From: Amoebophrya sp. A120
Taxonomy: Eukaryota; Protista; Dinoflagellata
DNA: 64,000 nt
NCBI GenBank assembly: GCA_905178155.1
Contig: CAJINV010000004.1
Location: 558,609 to 622,608 of the forward strand
Reading direction: 5' to 3'
Position numbers and translations under genes: made by a program. The notes under the pieces are model-generated. The model did not search any database and was not told the origin of the DNA. It saw only the letters and a list, made by a program, of their open reading frames with translations. Positions 57,101-64,000 of the stretch are shown one piece after another; position 1 is the first letter of the stretch, and the number at the start of each line of letters is the position of its first letter.

Positions 57101-60100
57101 CGAGAGTGCATTAACACTTGAGAGCGCCATAATTGACGGCGTGCCCGGTTGTGGAGACGAAGCAGCACCATCATGGAGAGCAGTGGTGGCTGGCGATGAG
57201 CTCGAGCCGCATCCAAACCCGCAGTCCACGCCGGTGGAGGTTGTCGGACTGCAGGATGACGATCTTTTCTCGTCGTATCAATCACGCGAAGGGCACGATG
57301 AGCAGGAGCATGATATTATATGAATTGCAAAAGGAATTCTAATTGCAGGATCTTCGTACTCGTAGTATTCGTCGCAATGATGCATGACAGATATCTGTCT
57401 TGAGTCTTTCCAGCATGACAAACCCCATTTCTGTTCTTGAAAGATTTGCAATGCAATTTCTACTAGTACGATCTTCACGATGCTTTTGCAAGGGATACAT
57501 CACCATGGACGACAATTCTGCCATCCTCGCGACGTCCTCTGTAAATTACGCGGTGGAGTCGGAGTGCATCGCTTCTCAGCAGCAGCTATGCATGGCAAAT
57601 ATGTGGCTGTGGTCTGGGTCTATTGGATTTGTAGTGCGAAATCGAAAAGAAAACAATCTCGCTGCTGGATGCCAGTTTGTCATGTTAAACGCGAATGAGT
57701 CCGCACCGCAGGAAGTAGCTGAGGAAAATGACTTCGGATGCAGTAGCAGTTATTTGAAGGCCGTACGCGTATACGTAGCGAGAATCCCTGCAGTGCAACT
57801 ATCAGCAGCACAAGTTTCCACCAGACCATTAGAGTCAGAAATATTTGCATTTGATAGCAGCACCAGAGCATTATCTCTTCTCCGGGTCTTGCTTCAGTTG
57901 TTTCCGCGGAGGCGGTGCGAAAAGGTGACGGGATCGCTTTTGGGCGAACGCAAGGAGTAGATGACGGAGTTGCAGCCGCGGACGAGCTCCCGCCTGACGA
58001 TAGCAGCTGCTGTCGCGTTGTTGAAACTGCCCGAGTCGAAGCAGACACTTCGAGAAATCGGCCTCCCCGCTCTGTAATATTATCCGCCCTACCGCCACCA
58101 GTAGCGCTGCAAGATGAAGAACCGCATCGGAGGTCCCGACTAATCCACTGTCGGACGGATCCTAGGAGCACGAGTATGGAATTGTTTTTCAAGCGTTCCA
58201 TTGATCGCTGTGTACGTGATTGCCTCGGGATCCTTTTGCAAGAACAACAAATTATCGGGGCGGCTTGTTCTCGTCATGCAGAATGATCTGATATTAGGCA
58301 CTTTCACTTATTTGCATTACAAACCAAAGGAAAATCACGTCGCAGCGATCATTGTATGTAAGAACGTTTGACAACGCCATAGCGAATGGCTTCTCCGTCG
58401 TGGGCGGGGACGAGCGTTCCGCCGGAAGTCCAGATGTGTTGATGTTGTCCTCTGGTCACTTACAACAAGGACTACCGCAACCGCCGGGACAACGAGCAGC
58501 ACGACAGGTAGTTTCTCACATCACCTCCAGCACGGTGGGACCTACTGCAGGGCAAGAGCCGGCAGGAGCTGCAGTGTCAGATGCTTCGTCAATGGACCAC
58601 GCAGTCCCGGCACCACGAGTTCTAGAAAACACGTACACTGCGAGTGCTACTTCCGGCTTGATTCAGGACGCGCCACCTGTTGGTCAAACAAGTTCAAGTG
58701 GTGGCCCGGATTCCTTGGTCCCATCGAAATTCCCCTCCACGTTGGGCCGACCACGCCCCCCTCGCGCAAGAACCACCACCAAGCTGGATCTCCTGTTGTT
58801 TTCCGATATTACAGTGAAAAATGCCCCCACCCCCAAAGTTGCAATGATTTGTGATGCGAAGTGTCCAAATGGAGATGAAAACTTTCTGTCATGCAAGAAA
58901 GGAGGATAAATCTTTCCGATGCACAGTCTAGGCGTATGTAGCATTGCTTGCATGGCAAGCGTCGCTCTGACTGGGATCTTTTGCAATACAGATCTTTTGC
59001 TAGTCACGAGTGAAAATCTGTGATGCTGATAGATGCAAGAGGGCGAGTGTTTCACTTGGAAAGGTTTGCAATGCAAATGCTCCCAAGCTGTTCTGGGGTG
59101 GGGGCATTTTTCCTTGCAATACCCAAGCAATCAAGTTCGGAGCTGGATTTTCTCCTGGGTTCCAAACTTTTTGCAGGGACAACTCAGCGCAGTTCTTCCC
59201 CTCCTCGTCACACACCGAACTTTTTTGACTTTGGAAGCACCAGCAGCAGCACAGCCGGAAGGTTTCTTAACCATCGCACCACCAGGCTGAAAGACGAGGT
59301 TGAGCGGGTTGAGAGCGTTTCCGACTTTTTGGCGGATCTTCGCACAGAGGAGCGGCAATTTCGCGAAGGCTCGAGACATTACGGAAGCGAAGACGGAACC
59401 GTTGCGGAAGGTAGCTGCGGGGGAGCACAAAAAGAACAAATGATCCGGTACGAAGTAGCAAAAAGCGTTGACGTAAGCCGCAAAGAGACCACTGGTGGTC
59501 TCGTAGAAGATGTATCCAATTGCATGGAAGGAGATGAGCTACTATCCCGCAAACCCTCTGCCCTGACCGACTTGATGGAGTGCCTGGAAAGGGAGGGAGC
59601 GGGGTTGTATGTAGAAGGGAAAATAGATTTTGGCCAACATCATAATAGTGGTGTAATTCAGCAGGCTTCCGCTACTGTTGACTCCGCGCTAACAGCTGAA
59701 ACACAGGAGGTGGAACAGCCGCTGGAAGAAGTAACTGTGCGACCAAGCGCCGAGGAAAAGGATGAAGCAGGAGCAGCGCCAGAAAATATGATGAAACACT
59801 GGAACCGCTCGAGGACAGCAGATCCTGCGCAGGGAGATGAACGAGTGGACGAACCGCGAACGAAGCTCGGGGTGGAAGCAAAATACGCAGCGGGCAGCAG
59901 CAGAAGCGCAGAACACTTGCCAGGTAGAAGTTCACCACGAGAGGTCGCTTTATCTGACGGAGATGGTAATGGTAATGCTATGGCTATAAATCCCTTCGTG
60001 GACGACGACCCTCTTCTTCAATTTCCGTCAGCCACTAGAACGGCACCTCCCTCGTCGACACGAGAAATTTACTACGATCCTGGCTGCAGCGAGGGACGAG

Positions 60101-63100
60101 AACAAGCTATACAGTCCTCGTGTGCAGCTGTTCATGCTCATACTCATCCACTCGCGGCCCCATCGATGAACCCACACGCAATTGCCGCGGGATCGAGTAT
60201 CGCAGAAAGCAGCTCCAAGACGGAGCCGACAGCCCAAGCAGGAGCGTTAAGGAGCAGCACTTTACGAGGTTGTGAAGCCGCACGGAAACCACGCACATTC
60301 CCTTCCAAAATGAGGCCCCTTCAAGAAGTACGGGTGAACAAGCAAGCTCCTCTACGGCTGTCCCTCCCACCGGTATAGAATTCTCAAACGTTACATTCTC
60401 AACTGTTGCGTGAATTTGTAATGCAAGAACCACAACGACAACGATCGAAGGGGCAAGCTTGCTGCTTTCGCATCAAAGATTTGGTACAGATTTGCATGCT
60501 GGTCAGCCCTTCGGAGATTTGTCATACGAAGCAGCTTGATGACCATCTGGCGGCTTAAGGTGGTTTTGCATGACAAAACCATGCAACACTTGAGAATGTA
60601 ACAGTTGAGAACACCATAACCGGAGTCGTCTTGTTCTGAGGACGATAGTGGAGACCATGATGGCGCAGGGTGCGCACCTCCGTGCACAGGACGACCTTCT
60701 TGGCCCGGTAGCCCGCCCGACGCAAATTTCGCCACGGGTGGACACGACAGCTGCGCAATCAATACGCCTCGTCGCACAGCGGCGTGCTCGTTTTCGTCCA
60801 AGGACGAGCATCAGCGTGGCACTTTGCCTAGCAGCTGCGAGCAAGCAACCATAACCAACCTTCCGAGCACCTTGTTGTACAGCTCGATGGCGAATGATGT
60901 CAAGGTCACTTTCAATATCGATCCTTCGCGGCTCCTCGGGGTGGAAGCGGGCGACAAAACCAGTCAAGACGCTTTTGTTGATGCCCCTTCTGCTAGGGGA
61001 CAATACGCGAAGTTTCGAAAGGGCTCGGCGTCTGTTCCGGAACGGCTCGTATCTCGATCTCCTGGGCCGAAAAGGCTGATCACGATTCTGGACGACCGAT
61101 TGCAGGTCCCCTTGGCGGTTGCCGCGGCGCAGCAGCGCGCAGCACTGTATCGCGAAAAGAGCCAGGAACACGAGAGGGAGAGGAAGCTCGAAGTGGAGAA
61201 GAAGAAGCGGGAACTGTTCGACAAAAGGGACGTGAGATATGGCGTTCTCAAATGTTACTCAACTGTTACATGATTTGTAATGCAAGAATGGCAAAAGTGA
61301 AATGAAGGGCCTTGCGCGTCTTGCATGACAGATCTGTGTGTGAAAACCTTTGACCTTTGCCCTTTGCCATTCTTGCATCACAAATTGGGGATGCGCATTA
61401 CAAGTCTTCCTGTCTTTGCAAATCTGCATTACAACTCTTGGGATATTGAATCTCTAATGCTAGAAATCGCTAATAGAAAGGGTCGTAAAAAGATCAAAGG
61501 GTCGTAAAAGATATGGCAAAAAATCGGTCGTCGTTTTTCGTTCACAAGTCGGTACATGATGTAGATGCATTCTAATGACCCTCTTCTGCGACGCGTATTT
61601 TTCGTCATTGCCTGCGACTGGCTGTAAGTTGTGTATCAGGTTGTTGTATGGAAAAGCAGGCAGGAAACAATGAAAAAGAACAGGACGCGAGCGCCTCCTC
61701 GTTGAAGAGGAGGCGCATCCTTGAAGATGATTCCATTACCAAATAAAATAGCAGCTTTCTTTTTTTTTGTTCTTTTGTTCTTTAAGGGTTTAGGTCTGAG
61801 GATTTTGAACAAGCGAGGACAAGCTCTTCCTGGCCTTTTTCAGCAACCAGCGCGCAAGACACCAGATAGGAGCACGACAAATCTAGTTGCCCTGGGTCGA
61901 GCACGCACTCTCTTTGTAGGGTGTGTGTTGCTGATCTCGTTTTTACATGATGGACACTATACACAGGGGAGAAACAGATTGTTCTCTGGGCCATTGCGTC
62001 AGTGGATCGTGGGAGACTTGTTGCAGTTTTCAAAGAAAAACGACTCTGCTGCTAGTCAAGCATGAGAAGCCAGAAACAATGCGCTTCAGTTTCTATTTTG
62101 ATAGGTATGTAATACAGGTGGGGGGAGGTCGCAATCTGTTTCAAACCTGCCTTGTATGAAAAATAGACCCAGGGTAAAAAGATAGTAGTATCAAATGAAA
62201 AGCAGTAACTGCACAAAGTTACTGCTTTTTTCCATAAGTATAGGCCGGCCAAGGTGCAGCAGCAAGTGGACGGGAAAAAGGTGGTGAAGTGAGTATGCTC
62301 TGCACTTGCCGGGAAGACCGCCGAGACGCTTTGTATGAGAAGCTTTTTGTCATGAGTTGCTTAAGTGCAACGGCTTCGCGTCGAGGCACATGGCTTCAGT
62401 TTTATATGTACGGCTTGGGCATCAACCCCGGGAGGATCATTTTGTATGGTAGAGGAATCGGTCTAAGGAAAGGGAGCTTGTTGTTGGAGGTGTGATCATC
62501 AAGTGTTTGGCAAGTAGATTCAGAACAAGACAGACCTTGCGTTCCCTTCATCCAGTGAGGCCTGACCAGGAAGGGGAGCGCGCGGGGCCCGGACAGGGCG
62601 CGGGAGGTGCTGCGCCTCTGGTCTGAATCTGCTTGGCACACTGTGATACCTTGCACTTTTATCCGCGTACCAGCCTAATTCTTATCCCCCTAGCTGGCGC
62701 ATCCAACAATGAGATCCTGAGCAGAATCATTTTGCGAATGAGTAAGATTTTTTTTCTAGTAGTCAGGAAAGTGGACCACTGTCCATCTCAGATCCAATCC
62801 TCCCTTGGCAAAAAAAAAAAAAAAAAAGTCTTGCGTGACAGATCTGGCACAGATTATCAGCCTGCTTGGCCGTCTGAGAATTTGTCATGCGAAGCAGCTT
62901 GATGGCGTTGATAGTCAAGGCAAATTTGCATGACAAATCCTGTAACAGTTGAGAGTGTAACNGGCCGTCTGAGAATTTGTCATGCGAAGCAGCTTGATGG
63001 CGTTGATAGTCAAGGCAAATTTGCATGACAAATCCTGTAACAGTTGAGAGTGTAACGTTTGAGAACCCCATATGAGAATTCAGAATTTCATCGTGGCTCA

Positions 63101-63143
63101 ACGAGCAAGGAAAATAGAAAAACCAAATGCTTCGCGGAATTAG
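51123..63143 (+). CDS. Gene 5: large, mostly disordered hypothetical protein with a C-terminal charged helix (~2120 aa)
   Basis: Exons: 51123-51141,51361-51414,51584-52180,52510-53263,53689-54343,55485-56836,57137-57318,57503-57586,57862-58174,58387-58806,59127-60373,60624-61237,63078-63143 (6357 nt, ATG to TAG). They link the long + strand ORFs of the track in phase. Confidence 0.75.
51142..51357. mobile_element. Introner, family A ends
   Basis: Flanked by cga/cga, with a cacga copy 4 nt further on. Confidence 0.75.
51415..51578. mobile_element. Introner, family B (reverse orientation)
   Basis: TSD ggaac/ggaac. Confidence 0.9.
52181..52504. mobile_element. Introner, degenerate (ends ATG)
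   Basis: TSD ctggc/ctgac; frame restored. Confidence 0.75.
53264..53683. mobile_element. Introner, D/I-like, with an internal double fold-back
   Basis: TSD aacca/acaac; frame restored. Confidence 0.78.
53395..53496. repeat. Two overlapping perfect palindromes (27-bp and 32-bp arms, 1-nt loops)
   Basis: 53395-53421 / 53423-53449 and 53432-53463 / 53465-53496. Confidence 0.95.
54478..55451 (+). mobile_element. Nested non-autonomous Helitron-like element
   Basis: Inserted at A|T without a TSD; 11-bp hairpin CGCCGGCGTCC-t-GGACGCCGGCG (55418-55440), then TAGTGGT-CTAG end; the 5' end lacks TC. Confidence 0.65.
54803..55038. repeat. 12-bp minisatellite (ATCTGGGGAGAT) x ~20
   Basis: Direct tandem copies with blocks of single-base variants. 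Confidence 0.97.
56837..57131. mobile_element. Introner, family E
   Basis: TSD attga/attga. Confidence 0.88.
57319..57497. mobile_element. Introner, B-like
   Basis: TSD tatta/catca. Confidence 0.8.
57587..57856. mobile_element. Introner, degenerate A
   Basis: TSD gcagc/gcagc. Confidence 0.88.
58175..58381. mobile_element. Introner, degenerate E
   Basis: TSD acgag/gcgaa; G+TAT..ATA+G. Confidence 0.8.
58807..59121. mobile_element. Introner, family I
   Basis: TSD tccga/cccaa. Confidence 0.85.
60374..60618. mobile_element. Introner, family E
   Basis: TSD accgg/accgg. Confidence 0.92.
61238..63072. mobile_element. Introner, family E, expanded to 1.8 kb by a nested retroposon
   Basis: TSD tgaga/tgaga; removal gives the terminal exon IQNFIVAQRARK... 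Confidence 0.85.
61337..62827 (+). mobile_element. Nested poly(A)-tailed non-LTR retroposon or retrocopy
   Basis: A18 at 62810-62827; 19-bp TSD GTCTTGC[A/G]TGACAGATCTG at 61318-61336 and 62828-62846. Confidence 0.72.
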
Positions 63144-63768
63144 CTTCTTGCACATGCACTTGTATACATTCGCTTGATGTGCAAATAATAGACTATGAAT
63201 CATGGAATTTTGCATGCACAGTTCCAATGTTGTCAAAATCCTTGATTAAAACACTTTTGCTCCTTCTGTGACAGACGCAGAATCCTTGGCCTTTCTGTGT
63301 AGAATGTGGGGCTCTCTGGCCTTGATAACCACTCGAAGGCACTTACATAGAATTCAAATGCATGATGCCCGTATCGCTAAATATGATCGTGTCAAAGCCA
63401 AAAAAGCAAAAAGCTTCCAGTTCCATCGATATCGAATCAGGTAGTTCATTACTTCTCGATATATTAATTCTTGCGTTGTAGAAGCAGTGTAGCTAATGTT
63501 GAGCATGGAGCCCGTCACTGATGTAGTCGTAATTGTGCCGCAGGTCGGGTGACATCATGGACGAAGTGAGTGGCGTCCTCGTGTCCATTGAAAAAAAGCC
63601 ACAGGCGTGTGTCACTGCAGCTTGTAGTAGACGTACAGCATCATCATTAAGAGGCAGAAGAGCTACACAATCCTCGCCATGTCAACCGCAACAAAAGACT
63701 ATGAAGGCAAAAGACGTCAATTCCAGATCATCTCCGAGCGCAAGAGTTTCAAAAGTGGTGTTGGTTAA

Positions 63769-64000
63769 TCTATAATATAATAATAGTGGCAAAGGTTTTT
63801 TCACTCCTAAGGGAGCCCCTAAGGAAGCTTCCTTACGGAAGTTGTCCCTTAAGAGGGCTTGCGAAGGAAAAGCCTTAAGCAAAATTATCTTAAGGCGTCT
63901 TCGCTTAAGAAGGTACGCCTTAAGGCGGGCTCGCTTAAGGCGTTCTCGCTTAAGGGAGCTGCTAAGGAGCTCCTTAGGAAGCTCCTAAGGAGCCCTTAGG
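63769..64000 (+). mobile_element. Probable Helitron 5' end with CCTTAAGG palindromic repeats (runs off the window)
   Basis: A|TCTATAATATAATAATAG start; repeated CTTAAG/CCTAAGG units like those at 54580-54615. Confidence 0.55.

Noticed and set aside
62868-63056. 94-bp tandem duplication
   Set aside because: Identical copies separated by a single N at 62962 indicate an unmerged contig overlap.

Overview
Eukaryotic DNA, most consistent with a syndinian dinoflagellate of the Amoebophrya type. That assignment is inferred from intron architecture, not from a database match. Five large co-oriented (+ strand) genes fill the window: a CAP/SCP-domain mucin-like protein, three probably secreted low-complexity or coiled-coil proteins, and one disordered protein. 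They are split by about 90 non-canonical, transposon-like introns (introners) and about 6 ordinary GT-AG introns. Nearly every introner starts TAT and ends ATA, has family-specific terminal inverted repeats (TIRs; families A-K here), and is flanked by a 5-bp direct repeat (TSD). Removing each element plus one TSD copy assembled all five genes by hand into open frames of about 990-2120 codons; a few junctions and start codons remain unresolved. Main observations: (1) otherwise unrelated families share a repeated internal motif, TTGT[C/G/A]ATGC; (2) the elements occur in both orientations; (3) stop codons in 3' TSD copies locate the splice junction; (4) TAT..ATA ends plus a G-NNN-G TSD give an in-frame route to GT-AG introns; (5) several introners carry nested insertions, including Helitron-like elements, a 92-bp array resembling repeated Helitron 3' ends, and a poly(A) retroposon; (6) one intron is bounded by a 64-bp exon duplication. 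Splicing is inferred from reading-frame restoration only; no transcript data were available.
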